A stretch of 64,000 bases of DNA, from positions 7,688,001-7,752,000 of the forward strand of contig CP075495.1 in assembly GCA_021613535.1 (NCBI GenBank), given 5' to 3'. The DNA is from Adineta vaga. Its lineage: Eukaryota; Animalia; Rotifera. Made by a program: the position numbers and the translations under genes. Below are positions 14,354-27,940 of this stretch, piece after piece (within the stretch, counting starts at the first letter, position 1; the number at the start of each line of letters is the position of its first letter). The notes under the pieces were generated by a model, which was given only the letters and a program-made list of their open reading frames with translations, had not been told where the DNA came from and made no database searches.

Positions 14354-15151
14354 ATGGAAACAAATTTAACTATTAATGATCAAACACAACGAACGATTCT
14401 TTCATCTGTTCAATCGAATTCTGATCGAACTGGTTTATTTATTGCTTTATTTCTATTATTTCTTCTTTTTATACTCATTTCATATCTATTCTATAGTTTT
14501 CTATCAATTCGACATTATTCAACTCGGCCAAATACACTTGAAAATAATACACTCGATGAAAATCTTAATAATAAAATTATTTTTAATGACAATGATGATC
14601 TTATCGATAATAATGGTGATATTATTTTCGGACCGAAAAGTTCGTTTTCAGATTGCGGAACATCAATACGTTCATCATCAATACATTCATCAAGATTTCC
14701 ACAAGCTAAACGAAGTAGTTCATATAAACTTTGTTCACAAGCATCGAACTATCTTTTAACACCACGTTTATCATCACAATTTACAACAGCAAGTATTGAA
14801 GAAGGTTTATCTCCAACGATTATTATCGAACCGAATGATGTTCATCTAGCAAATGCTTTATCAAGATCAATATCGAAATATTATGAACGTAAACGGAAAC
14901 CGAAATTAAAACGACGAACTCATTCATGTGAAGAATTAATGAATCAAACTCAAGCAAAACATCTACGTCCGCTACAGTTAACAGCTTCATTACCTATGCA
15001 TCGAAATTTACGACAGTCCACCGTTGTCAATTATCAACAACCACAAAAACATACATCACAAACATCATTTCGAAAAAAACCAACTACTATTTATGAATTA
15101 TATAAATCCGATCGAATGAGAATATCCAATCTTCTGGTTTCCGATTCTTAA
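14354..15151 (+). CDS. Single-pass membrane protein, 265 aa, no cleavable signal peptide (type III topology predicted)
   Basis: Long single-exon ORF from METNLT, with an N-glycan sequon at N4, one TM (GLFIALFLLFLLFILISYLFYSFL) and a Ser/basic cytoplasmic tail containing kinase-type sites (KRSSS, RRTHS). An acceptor AG just upstream suggests 5' UTR exons. Confidence 0.75.
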   Translation: METNLTINDQTQRTILSSVQSNSDRTGLFIALFLLFLLFILISYLFYSFLSIRHYSTRPNTLENNTLDENLNNKIIFNDNDDLIDNNGDIIFGPKSSFSDCGTSIRSSSIHSSRFPQAKRSSSYKLCSQASNYLLTPRLSSQFTTASIEEGLSPTIIIEPNDVHLANALSRSISKYYERKRKPKLKRRTHSCEELMNQTQAKHLRPLQLTASLPMHRNLRQSTVVNYQQPQKHTSQTSFRKKPTTIYELYKSDRMRISNLLVSDS

Positions 15152-15306
15152 TTATAACAAAAAAAACTAAGATTGAATACAATCATGTTTCTCGAAACAA
15201 TTTCTTCGTGGACGAGGAAAATTCATTTTTTTCTCTATTATAATCGCAGTGAAGAATAAAAAAATACAACTGAAAAAAAGAACAGACAAAAGATACTGTG
15301 TCATTC

Positions 15307-18300
15307 TCATGGGATTTCTTCTTCAACAGAAGAAAATTTAACGCTTGAATTTGGTGACATCGTTTTTGTTGCGCGTTGATGAGTTTTCAAACTGGGGTTC
15401 GATACTCGATCCAATTTATCATCAATATTTTTCAATAATGTGTACATATTTTCCATTGTTTGTCCCATATCGCAAATCGTATCCTCAACACGTTGCATTC
15501 GAGCCAAAACAGTTAATTTCATACGATCTTCACTATTTACTAATGGTTGTTTACCAATCGTATGTTCAAGTCTAATGAAAACAAAAAACAAATTGATAAT
15601 AAAAACGTGTTTTTTTTCATTCTATGTATGTTTTACTTTCGCTGTAATTCTTTGATTCTCATCATCATATTAATATGTCCATGTGAATATTGTTCAAGTA
15701 CATCACGTACGTCATAAGGTTTTCGAGCTTGCTAGAATAAGAATAAAATAAATAAATAATTCAGAATAATTGTATGAATAGTATTTTTTTCACTTGAAAA
15801 CGTTTACGAGCAACGATTAATTGCATTTTACGAATACATCGTATCATGCGTTTGTGATCTTCTGTTAAACTATAGAAGAAAAACAGAATTGTATTTATTA
15901 TGCTAAAAATAAAACTTAAGATTGATTCTTTTCATGATATAAAATAAGTTTCATAAAAAGTCATGAGGAGATCAAGGCCATTCCTTCGACAGCTGTCAAT
16001 AGAAACACGAACATTGTTTTTAATGATACTTCTTTATTAGTATAAATTATGATGACATTCATGTTAAGCCTTTCCGGTCAATATAAACTCGATATTCTAC
16101 TCATTCAAGTACTTTTTTACTGTCCGATACATACAAATGAATGGCAAGACTATTATTTAGCAGAAATTTGTACCGATTCAAAAAATAAACCGACTTATTT
16201 TATTCTACCTATGACGCGAGTTAAAGAGGAAATTGTTAACTACGACATTTATAGACGCGATTTATCTATTGTTTTTTTCTCAAGCGTAAAATTACTCTTT
16301 TTGAATTATGAAACAGTATCGGTCTCATTCTTGTCTCTATACCATTCATGTCATTCCCTTGATAATTCAAATTTGCACTTTAATTACAATGCATTCATGA
16401 TATCCAAAAACTACTTGAAAGCTTTTCACAACCCAATCTCTGAAGAATTCTAGCAGCAATCTTTTTAGATTCGAAATATTGATTGGAATGCATTAAATAG
16501 ATTTCTTTTTCCTACAATTTAAAATCACTTAGTCTACAATGAAACTGACGACCATGAAAAAGAAAAAGAACGCAACTCGGTACTTTCTACTTTTAATAGA
16601 CATATGCAAGAATGTTACACCTTTTGTCAAATAAGAAACCCCTCAAGAGAATTGCTTGACGTATTCTCTAATAACATGCTATGAAATATGATCTCTCTAT
16701 TTTTAAGTGAGGACTACAGATGGTATTAGTTCTATATAAGAATGAGATTTTTGTTCGATAAAAATAGATAAATCAAACATACGACCAAAGTTTAATTGGT
16801 TCTTCTTCAAAATCTTCATCATCATGTTCATTACTTGCCATGACATAACAACCTTTAGATAAAAAACATTCTATTTTTCTGTAGAAAATCGAATCTTTTG
16901 TAGCATAGATCCTACCTGTTGTATTTGATAATGATGATGTTGAATCTCGAGGTTCACTATTGACTGGTGATTGTAAAATGTTTGGTGATGATGGTGGTGC
17001 TGTTCCTTGTCCAGTTCTTTTCGATCGATTTTTCTTGACAGAAGTTGCTAAACGTAAATAACGAAGTTTTTCTGCCGTTCTCTCTAAAACAGAATACATA
17101 GATGACGAGATAATTTCATTTTTGTCTTAAGAAATTGTACCACTAAATGTTTGATTATTTGTTGAAAATGTTTTTGTTGGGGGTGAAGATGAATTTGGAT
17201 CAGCAACATGTAAATAAATATTCCATGTTGCAATACACGATGAACCAGGTGCACTTGCATAAACACGCCATGCTGCTTGAATTAAAGTTGCTGCAGCGGG
17301 AATTTGTCGAGAGAAATGTTTTTGACGTTGTTTTTGTTGAACTTTTAGAGCAAAACCTGAACCAAGTATGCCCTAAAATAGAATGCATTCTATAACAATA
17401 CTATTCTTCGTTTTATTCTTCGAATATTTACAGCTGGTAAAGCAAAGAATGATATCGCAAATATTGCAAAACAAGAAGCAATAATTTTGCCAACCCTGAA
17501 CAAATAAAGAAACAAAGAGTTTGAACGAAAATTCTGGAAGAAAACTTATTACTTACCACGTAATTGGATAAATATCACCATATCTGATCAAATAGAAACA
17601 TATGTGAATGTAACTCATAGATTTACTGAGGATACGTACCCAATAGTTGTTATTGTAATTACACCCCACCTATACGCATACACATACACACATACAGACT
17701 TTACTATGAAGCAATTTATGTTCTTTTCAAAAGAAGCTTACCATAATGCATCAGCATAGGATTCAAAATGGCCATCAGCATCTTTAGCACCACGTATACC
17801 ACCCACTTTTTCATCTTTTTCCGCAATATATACAAGATAACTACATGAAATTAATGCAAGAAATCCAATATATAATGTTGTAATCAATTCCTTTCAAAAA
17901 AGAAAAATTAAAATCAAAAATAAGTATCCTATCCTAATTCTTCTTCATACTTGTCGATGAATATAAACAACACTTCCTAACAATCGCCATGTACCTCCAT
18001 GTCTATCGACATGTAAAACACGTAAAATCTGTAGAAATCGAACACCACGAATAGCTGATGCTGCAAATGTTTGACGATCACTTCCTAATGTTAGCATCAA
18101 TGTTGATGCGACAACTACCAACAAATCTTATTAAACAAATATAAAAAGATCAAACATCTGATTAAATCATTAATAAATAATATTCTCTTACCAACAACAG
18201 CAATTGGTTTTCGTGCAAAACGAAATCGACCCGAAATGCCCATGTATTTACTTCGACATCCAGCTGACCAAAGTCGTAAAACATATTCAATACCAAAGAA

Positions 18301-18745
18301 AACTACCAGAAAGATTTCTATCCAATAAACATGTACTGATAGAGAACTAGAAAATTTTTCAATTGTGGATAAAACGGATAAAACTAAACAGACAAGTACG
18401 ACCATAAATCTAAATATAAAAAGTAATTGTACGATGAAATTTTTTTTCTTCTTGTACATACACAAAAAAATGATATAAAAAGCATTTTAATCCAGTTGGT
18501 CTTTCAAGAAAATTATACAATAATATTTGTATATTTGAACGGACTGAACGTGAATTATTCTTTGGTAGATATGGCATTGGTAAAAACGCTAATGAATAAT
18601 AAGTTGGAAATGATGATTGACTTAATCGCGAAGCTTGAATTGTCGAATGATATAAGAATGAAAGACCAACATCTCGGTCTTGTTTTAATGATTGAGATCC
18701 TTCATTATTCGACTCTCTGTCACGATGATGATCATGAAAATGCAT
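15307..18745 (-). CDS. KCNQ1: Voltage-gated K+ channel KCNQ1 (Kv7.1/kqt-3) orthologue, ~13 exons
   Basis: Motifs [21 protein letters not shown]4 [18 protein letters not shown], pore [38 protein letters not shown] motif LIQAAWR and [15 protein letters not shown]. Splice phases are consistent. Confidence 0.95.
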
Positions 18746-21700
18746 CAGTAACAGGACAAATCGTATACGCACAGAGATAGGACGGAAAAACAAAAGAAAA
18801 AGATAGAGAAGAAGAAGAAAGAGAAGAAGAAGGCGAAAAAGAATCAATAAGAAGACACTTATTCGGAATACTTCAATAAGATGAACAATAATGATATAAG
18901 TAATAATCAATTGTTCAAGAAATGATTACATGAGCACAGAAATGTTCATTGGGCATCTAAAGAAGAACAAAGCATATATATATATTCCTAAATATTCGTT
19001 ACCGTTGACATACATATTTTTCTGATCGTCATTTTCAGTATGAAACATTTTCAAAAGAAGAAGGTCTAAAATACTCAACTCTCTTTATTATATTTTAAAC
19101 TGAGCCAATATTAAAATTATTCGATAGATATGTTTTCATCGAAAGAATTTATTATATCTCGAGGCATGTATATGACCATGATGTATATACTGTAAAAGTC
19201 ATTTCCTTAGTCTTCTTGATCAAACTAGGAATCTAAAGAACAAAAAGCTATTAAATCATAGTTATGACAGCTTTTCCAGTTAGAACAATATTGATCAAGA
19301 GAAAGTAAAAAAACAGATGATACATTAAACTTAATCGTTTTCTATTCGAGAGGTTTTTTTGATAGATTTTCACTCTGTAGCTAACATTATTTGTTATAGA
19401 TAATATCTTCTCGAAGAAATGTTTTTTTATCTGAAGACTTGTTCAAATATCATATTATAATGAAGAAAAACAGTGAACAAATGGCGTCAACAAAAAAGAT
19501 TTTTCAAAATTCCATTAACATGATGATGATAATCATATTCGTCAGTTTAGTGATGACGATCTTCAAAGGCTTGAATGCACAATAAGATGCTATCATTTTC
19601 ATCATATCAATTAGCGTCCTAACTCATCGTTTCTTACTTACAGAAGGGAGAGAGAGAGCGAAAAAACGGATATATATACATGTATTAATTCTGTTGTCAC
19701 TCTCTTTTTGTTGTTTTCTATGTCGTGTTCAACGAGAAACTCTATTGATAGATGCCGACAAGAATCTTCAACAAATTATAAACACTGACTAACTCATTAG
19801 TCTAACAAACCTTAAAAAATGCACGTCGTCCAAATGCTCTTCTTACTTTTTTTCCCTTCTTTTTCTCTCTCGTGCTTCTAGAAAATGATCAAAGACGAGC
19901 AACACATACATTATCACGCAATAATGACTACTATTGTAAGAGAAGAAAAGCAAGAGAACATATGAGAAAATAATTATGAGATGATCATTTGAGATATCCG
20001 TGTGCTCTTGGTTTCTTTTTTATTGCGTGTAAATTACTTTCTTTTCATTATTTTTATTTGATAATCTTTCTTTCTTTTTGTTCAATCATATGCTGTATCA
20101 TAAATAATTACACAAAAATAACTCGAATTTCAATTTCTAATCTGTTTTAACACGAAAACTTAGTTTTACGTACAACTTATACATTAAATATCTTTCGGGG
20201 AAAAAACAATTAACTAAATAGTCTAGAAAAAAAACAGAATTTATTCAACTATAGTCTATTAATATAAAATATCTCATTTATGAATTAGAAGTTCTTATAT
20301 GTTCAAATTTACGATTCATAGAAAAGCTAAACTCGAATCATGTCTGAAAAATATCCTATTATACAAAATAACTTCATGATAATTAAAAATGTTCTCATGA
20401 ACCGATAAACTTCATTGATCATCATCTTCATTCAATTTTAGAGATCATTTTTTATAAGTCACATGCATGTATTAATTGAGAAATCGCAATATTGTTTTTC
20501 TATTTATGACACTTGAGAAAAAAAAAATCTATGAAATATTAACATAAATTATATTTACTTGACTAGCACGGACAAACACATTAATATTATGCAAAATACT
20601 CATCGCTTTTGACGAAATATTTCTATAAATATTTGAATGTTTTGAAGAATTTATTTACAACTTTAGAGTTCTTCTTTAATCATAGAAGTTAAATCCAATA
20701 CGTAGAGATATGATCATTATTTGGTATTAGAATGAAAAAAATGAATGTTTTTTTCCTCTATTAAAAGATTAGATAAAGAGCTTTCTTTTTCCTTTCTAAT
20801 ACCTGATGATGAGTTTTCCTCGTTTTTCAAGAGTTTCATATTTTTCATAATCCACTGGTTTATTTGAAGTTGAGATGTATGTTCTTGTATGTTATTAGAT
20901 ACGGATTTGCAAATAACAGATCAAATTTATAGTTTGTCTACTCTATAACCATCTGAATGATGATTTATTCGTAGATGATAAAAGAAATTCAAATGAAAGT
21001 ATTAGATGAAAAATAACAATTTGTTTTAGTTATTTTTAGAGTTTAACACGTTGGTACTCGTGGTTTCTTCAACACAAATTTCTTTTCTTTCGTATCCACA
21101 AATAGAAAACGATTTGTACTTTGAGTAAATATATCCATTCAAATGAAGATATGATGATTGTCACAGCAAATTAAGCAAGATGTAAAATATATCGAAAGGA
21201 AATTTCGTCGCCTTTTTTTCCTTCTTCATCTTGAAATACAGATCTTTATACAACATAGGTATAATCAGAAAAAAACATGTACATGATTGACAACGAGGTA
21301 TTAATCAAATTTGTAATCCGTGTTTTTTTCTTTACTTGCGCTCTTTTTCTCTCTTCATTTCTCTTGATATAAGTATATACCTATGCTTTTTTCCTTTTGA
21401 ATGAGACTGTCTTCTATATACAACAGTATAGCTGCGAGATAATCATTTAGGTAAAGAGAACGAGTTGAGAGAAAATACACAGTCTATGAACGAGAAAGGG
21501 AACGAAAGAAAAAACCCTCACATTTCGTTACATTGTACCAACATTTCTCCTACGTAATACAGTAATTCAAATCGAAATAATCTACCGCGTAGACGAATAA
21601 GCAAGTCTTGTCCTTGTATAACATCGAAAATTTTGCTTCGTTTTTTTTCTTTGACAAGAACAAGAGAGCACGAATGAGAGAGAGATTGAGAGAAAAAATG

Positions 21701-21977
21701 AATCTTAACGATTGAAGAGATGAAACAAAATATATAACTCCCGTTTGATGAAGACTGAACTCGTTTTCTTCTCATTGACATAGGTGTCAAATAAATCGAG
21801 TTGAAAGTAAAGTCAAGTTTTTTCCTCCTCTTTTATCCTTCTTCTTCTTCTTCATCTTCATCTCCTCTTCGAAGGAAATCCAACACCAAAAATTCGTCAT
21901 GAAGCAAGTAATTGCCATCGTTTTATTTCTTTTTTAGCATTTGAAATAAATCTACTACTGTACGAAGTTTTCAAACG

Positions 21978-22882
21978 ATGGAAAAGGGTAAAATATTATA
22001 TTTTGGCGTTTTTATTCTTGTGGTATTCGCATTCATCTTTCATGTTACTGCAATGGGTCATCATCATTGGAAAAAAGCAGAGCCAAGAAATAGTAGCATC
22101 GCGACTGATTATGGTTTCAACTACACATCTATCGGTTTGTTTACACGATGCGTCACCAACGATTTTACCAAAACGGAAAATTGTTTTCCTAATCTTTATC
22201 CTAAGAATAGTAGCTGTCCTGTTGGCTATTGTTTATTAAGAACTTCAGATTCATCCTGTCCATGTGATTTCTTACCATCGACGAAAGGTATTGCCGCATG
22301 TACCATCATTGCTGCTATCTTTCTTGGTCTGGCGATTATTATTTTATTTATTCATTCAATTAATACATCAGAAACTCGTTCAATAGGCTTAGTTTTAGGT
22401 CTATTTCCCTTACTTTTGCTTTTATTAGCATTCATATTTATCCTTATTGCACTGATACTTATTGGAAGTTATTTATCACGAGATATCATGAATCTTGTGC
22501 GTGATTATCCGAACTCTAGTAAGTATATCTTAATGATTAAAAACAATGTTTATACCAATAGGGAAAGATTCATTTTTCAATACAAAGAAAGAACAATTTT
22601 TTATTGTCAAAAAATTGACTATAACTTTTGAATTGACGTCTAAAAATTTATTTCAATGACATCGAGCAAAAGATAGAATTGATGTTCTTTATTATTGATG
22701 ATCCTTAAATTTCTTTTTCATTTCAAGGTTCAGAAACATCGGTACTTAGAGATCGTGCTCGAGAATATTTCAAAGTTCGTGTCGATTGGTCAACTGGTCT
22801 TGAAATTATTTCGTTAGTTTTTACATTTATTTCATTAATCCTATACAGTGCATTTGTATTTAAATTTGGACGATCATCTTAA
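21978..22882 (+). CDS. PMP22/claudin-superfamily tetraspan protein (exons 21978-22518, 22728-22882)
   Basis: Four hydrophobic helices and a W...GLF..C...C signature (HHW...IGLFTRC...ENC). The fourth TM (DWSTGLEIISLVF) is in exon 2. Confidence 0.85.
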
Positions 22883-23646
22883 ATTAAAGAAAAAAACTCC
22901 CAAAGAAAATAATAACATCAACGCAATGTACGGTTATTGATGAATATAATACATCCATATACATTAATTCTTCTTTTCTATTTTATTTTATATGTATAGT
23001 AGTTTTTCAAGTGCCTTTTGTGACCTCAGCGTTTTTTTTTGTTGCGTTCATCATCTATTTGATTCTTTTTCTATATAAAAGAAAAATCATATTTTCTTTT
23101 TTCTTTTTTTATTGTATTAAAATTTATTTTCTAGATTCTTTTCTTTCTTTACGAGATAAATATCAAATTAAATTCTATCTATATCTTTTGACCTTGAGAA
23201 TATAAAATATCATGAATTGAGTAGATTTAATCGATGTTTTCATCTGTAAATTTACAAGTAGGTAGCGTGTATGTCATGAGTTTTTTCCTTCTTCTTTTTT
23301 TTTTATTAAACGTAAAGAATTATGTTAAATATTTTTCTTAATAAAATTCGGTTGAATATCATGCTCAAACTGAATCGAAAGAAAACGTTTAATCCATTGA
23401 TAAAACAAGGATTAACGTAGAGAATATCATCTATACTGAATCACAAAATCATGTCAGAAAATGACAAGATATTCTTATGTTATATCATTTACAAAATAGT
23501 AACGAATGTATGACATACGTTTGTTAAAAATTATTTGCCCTTTTTTCGAAATAGAAATTTGAAGAGGTCGAATATTTTTCTGTAGTCTTTCAAATGGTAT
23601 AGACAACAAAGATTTAATCATATATATTTATATTTACAAAAGATGT

Positions 23647-24140
23647 ATGAATATCAAATATGGCAATCGTATTTTCAAAGACTGTGTGTACGCGTAAATT
23701 TTTGAAACCATACGCGAGAAGATATTTAACTAAATATTTATTCAGTCGGTGTTGTTGTCAAGGTTATTATTTCTTTCGTTTTCTTTTTCGTTATTCAATT
23801 ATTTTGAATAGTGGAGAATTTGAATAATCAACGAGGACGATCTTCTATTGAACATTCATCGATTTTATTCGAGAAAAAATATGATGATATTCGACTTGAA
23901 GCAATTCATGCAGGAATTCTTTTAAGAGAAACAGATGAAAAAATCGATGAAATTATTTATGATGGATTACAGATAAAATCTCATGCAGATAATATACGTT
24001 CGAATGCTGTAAGATTTTATCGAAATTTAATACAATCAGAAAAATGTATTCGATATTTTCAATGGATATTTGTTTTAGTTCTTTTTATATTGGGTATTGT
24101 TTTCATTCTGAAAGTTTTTATTAGTAAAACCAAAAGATAA
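23647..24140 (+). CDS. Tail-anchored coiled-coil, SNARE/VAMP-like protein (~130 aa; exons 23647-23693, 23746-23762, 23812-24140)
   Basis: Heptad segment YDDIRLE...LLRETDEKIDEI...IRSNAVRF followed by a C-terminal TM and basic tail. The 5' exons were reconstructed by phase and are less certain. Confidence 0.6.
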
Positions 24141-26914
24141 AATGAATAGTTCTGTAGCAAGATCGAACAAGATTTATTTCCACATGTACGCTATCGATGT
24201 ATTTGAATATCTCATTTCGAAAATAAGAATTACGACCCAATTGTACTGATGTTTTTTTCTCTAGAAAGATTGTAATACTGTATGATTAATGGAAGAAAAA
24301 CAACCGGACGTAAAGATTAAAATCACTCATATTGTTTTCTGACTAATTATATTAAATTCAAAGTACAACTGTTCAATGTAAGAGACAAGCTCTCAAGGCA
24401 AGTGTCTCTATCATTGAATGCAATTAGTGTATGTCCGTTGTTTCGCCTCCAGTTCGATCTTTTTCTCTTTGCGACTACAATTTCAGATAGAAAAGAAAAA
24501 TTGATTAGAATATATGACAAGTGTATTGTACAGTTCTATCCGATGCGAAACAAGAAGAAGAAGACGAAGAAAAAGGAGGACAAGGAAAACAACACCCTCC
24601 CCCTCCTTTTTACTCCTCCTTCTCACTCTATAGAATCACCAGTCCCTTGTGTTGTCAATGTCATGCCATTAGCGTCCTGTCGTGTCGTTCGTATAAATGT
24701 GTGTATACTCGCGATTCAATTGTCCATTCTCTTTTCCGAATATAGTCTATGTTTATCAATCAGTCACCAGTATGCCTACTGGGAATTGGAGAATGAGAAG
24801 ATAAGGGTGAACAGACAAACAAGTGTATGTACATATGAGTCCTATGGTCAACATTTGATACAGTTCTATGAATAGTAAAGAAGAAGAAAAGGAAGTAATA
24901 TGTAATTTGTTCATGATGAGAACAGCGTTCATTTAATCAATAGACATAATTTTAAGTACCACGCCTTTCTTGTCTCGTTGTACAAACAAACGTCGAATCG
25001 AGATCAGTTTACATTATTACCTCAGATACATTTGACGAAAAAGAAACCTAACGGACAGCATTCATTTTAATTTACAATCAATTAGATTTTTGATTTGATG
25101 CGATCATTACTCGTTTTTCAAAAAGGTGACAAATTAGCAAATCTCTTCTATGCTTCATGTCGGCATATGAATGATAGAAAGAATAACAGAACAGAATGAT
25201 GTCCTTGTGATATGAGAAAAAAAAACTTACATCATCGATAAGCACTAGTTAGTTGAGAAAAGTGTCTGTTTGATCGGCTCAGCAGGCTAAACTGTCCAAG
25301 AAAAAATTTTACGATCAATTTCATTTGGAAATTGTCAAAAAGAAGAAAAAGACTTCATTAGAATTTTTTATTTACTGAAGACAACGATGAAATTCTACTA
25401 CAGATGGACACGCTTTTCATGACATATGTCCTTCAAAGAAACAAAAGCGATGACACTGGTGTTGTAATAAAGACAAAGAAAATCAAAAGTTCCGTTCATT
25501 GATTAAAAGAAAAAGAATGCAGCTGAGTGATGACCACTCACAGCGTTAAAAGAGACTAGTCGATAAGGGATGACACGCGCCGATATGAAAGAAGAAAAAA
25601 ACCAGCAGCAGTTGGTCACAAAAAAGAACGCAGAGATTCAGTTTTTTTCTATTTATCTGATTACACCTTCCTTCGTTTTTTGTCCCTCTCGAGTTAAGAG
25701 TTGTAAACCTATCGCAAATACTATGCCATATGTCTGCTAATGTTGAATTTACTGCTATAGCTACCACATGACATTGATTAACTTGACTGATAACGACACG
25801 ACACACACGATTATCGAGATGACTGTTTGCCACCTTGAACACACACACACACATATATGTATATGTACATTGAAACTGATAAAATGAAATCTCTTGTGCA
25901 TTAGAAGACAATTAGACAAAATCGAAGTGACGAACGAGTTAGAAAATTGTTTTACTCATGATAAGTTGACAATGTGCTTTAATTCTCTAGTGAATATAGG
26001 AAGAAATTTCACATTGAAAAATGTTCGATTGAATATCTATTTATTAACGTTGAAATGCTTTTTGACATCTGTTTGACCAACCAGAAATTGATTACATCAG
26101 ATTTCGTCTTCGAATTAATCAGGAAATGAATATTATATACGTGCAAGAAAATGATCTCACTTCGTTTGTTTATGCTTGTTGATTTTTTCAACACTAAATA
26201 TTGTCAGTCAGTCAGTCAATCATTAATGCGGGAAATATATGAACACCTTCTTTGACAAAGATAAGATGTTCTTTTTATATTCAAGATGAACACGTTCATC
26301 TGCTTAGATGTTTTTCAAGAGCCCGTCAATGAATAGATATGTATCCATTTCATCAAATAAGATCGGTCAACTAATTTGTGACCTTGAACAAGAGAGAAAG
26401 GGAGAAAAAGGTCTCATACTGACCCTAATTAAATTAAGTTTTTTTTTTTGAGAACAGTTGGCCTTGAAAAATTAGCATTTATCTCCTTCTTTATTGATGA
26501 TGAAAGCAGGCGCATGTGCGACTATTTTTCCATTCAAATGGATTGAAAACAATCGGATGAACAAAGAAAAGTATCATCTCTTGATGCCGTTTTACGGATC
26601 GAAGAACATGCACATGCTATTTTATTCTTCCTCATTGTCGTTTTTTTTTTTGATAAGTCAACCAACACGCGACATTGATCATTCTCTTCTTCATGTTTAA
26701 AGAACTTAAATTAACTCATATCTCACACATGTGAATTGAACCAATGGTTGATTTTCTTTTTCCTTGACTGAATTTTATTGGTTATCAGTGAAGTGTTTTC
26801 CTCTCTCTTGCTCTATTTCTCTCCTTCTATTAGAAGAAGAGAGAAACGAGACATTTCCTTCTATTCATTTAAATCAACGAGAACTGTTCATTCAGTAAGT
26901 TAATTTCTATCTTT

Positions 26915-27940
26915 ATGATAACGATGCCAACAAAAATTCCTCGTGAAGAAGAACAACGACAATTAAAACAATTGGAACTTGAAATAAAATATCATGAAGG
27001 TGTAGAATGTATGAAAGAAAATAATCATCAACATCATCATCAACAACAACAACAACATTATCATCATCAACAACAGCCACCGACAATAGCAACAACAAAT
27101 AAAAAATCGGTATCTTTAAATGATATTAAAATTCCCAAAAAACGTGGTCCAAAAAAGAAACAAATGACACCAGCACGTGTTGCACGTTTTAAAGTTCGAC
27201 GAATTAAAGCTAATGGTCGTGAACGTGAACGTATGAAAGGTTTAAATGAACAATTAGAAGTCTTACGTGAAACAATTCCATGTTTTTCTTTATCACAAAA
27301 ATTATCAAAAATTGAAACATTACGTTTAGCAAAAAATTATATCGAAGCATTAAGTGAAATGGTTCAAAATGATCAGATGCCAGATAATACACATTTTGCT
27401 CAATTATTATGTAAAGGTTTATCACCAAATACAATGAATCTTGTTGCTGCAACACTTTGTTTGAATCCTCGAGTTTTGCAACAACAACAACAACAACAAC
27501 AACATCATCAATACGGAAATTCTTATTCAACCAATATGATTACAATGGATGAAACATATATGTTATCATCAATGCATCCACGAGTTCGAAATCCATTAGA
27601 ATTTATCAATTTAAAAAAAGGTTCGCAACATTCATCATCAACAACAACGACAAATTCAAATAATTTCACAAGTGAAAGTGAAGATGATGCAATGATATGT
27701 AGTTCAAGTAGTTTCGATCAGACTTCATCGTATGGAAATGAAGCTACGACAAGTAGCATAGAAGAAGTTAGTCCGACAAGACATTTGATCATTCCAGAAG
27801 CTTCACAAACATATGTAAATGAATTCTATCCTGATGAACATCAACAATTTCTATTAAACAATCAACAATTTTATCCACCACCAACAATTATGTCTCAACA
27901 TCACCCTCACCATAATTTTTATTATCCAACAAATTTTTGA
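26915..27940 (+). CDS. NeuroD: NeuroD bHLH transcription factor (single coding exon)
   Basis: [33 protein letters not shown]...[16 protein letters not shown], plus the NeuroD domain [14 protein letters not shown]...LNPR. Confidence 0.96.
   Translation: MITMPTKIPREEEQRQLKQLELEIKYHEGVECMKENNHQHHHQQQQQHYHHQQQPPTIATTNKKSVSLNDIKIPKKRGPKKKQMTPARVARFKVRRIKANGRERERMKGLNEQLEVLRETIPCFSLSQKLSKIETLRLAKNYIEALSEMVQNDQMPDNTHFAQLLCKGLSPNTMNLVAATLCLNPRVLQQQQQQQQHHQYGNSYSTNMITMDETYMLSSMHPRVRNPLEFINLKKGSQHSSSTTTTNSNNFTSESEDDAMICSSSSFDQTSSYGNEATTSSIEEVSPTRHLIIPEASQTYVNEFYPDEHQQFLLNNQQFYPPPTIMSQHHPHHNFYYPTNF

Noticed and set aside
16049-16453. 134-aa plus-strand ORF nested in the 913-nt KCNQ1 intron
   Set aside because: No recognisable domain, transposase/RT motif or terminal repeats; cannot be supported without expression data.
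18427-18910. Antisense ORF and hydrophobic N-terminal extension of the KCNQ1 first-exon ORF
   Set aside because: The ORF is a shadow of the real CDS, and the upstream Leu/Phe run comes from a TTC-rich 5' UTR.
24402-25911. ORFs of 157 aa and 121 aa upstream of NeuroD
   Set aside because: Non-ATG starts and low-complexity composition; more likely regulatory DNA.
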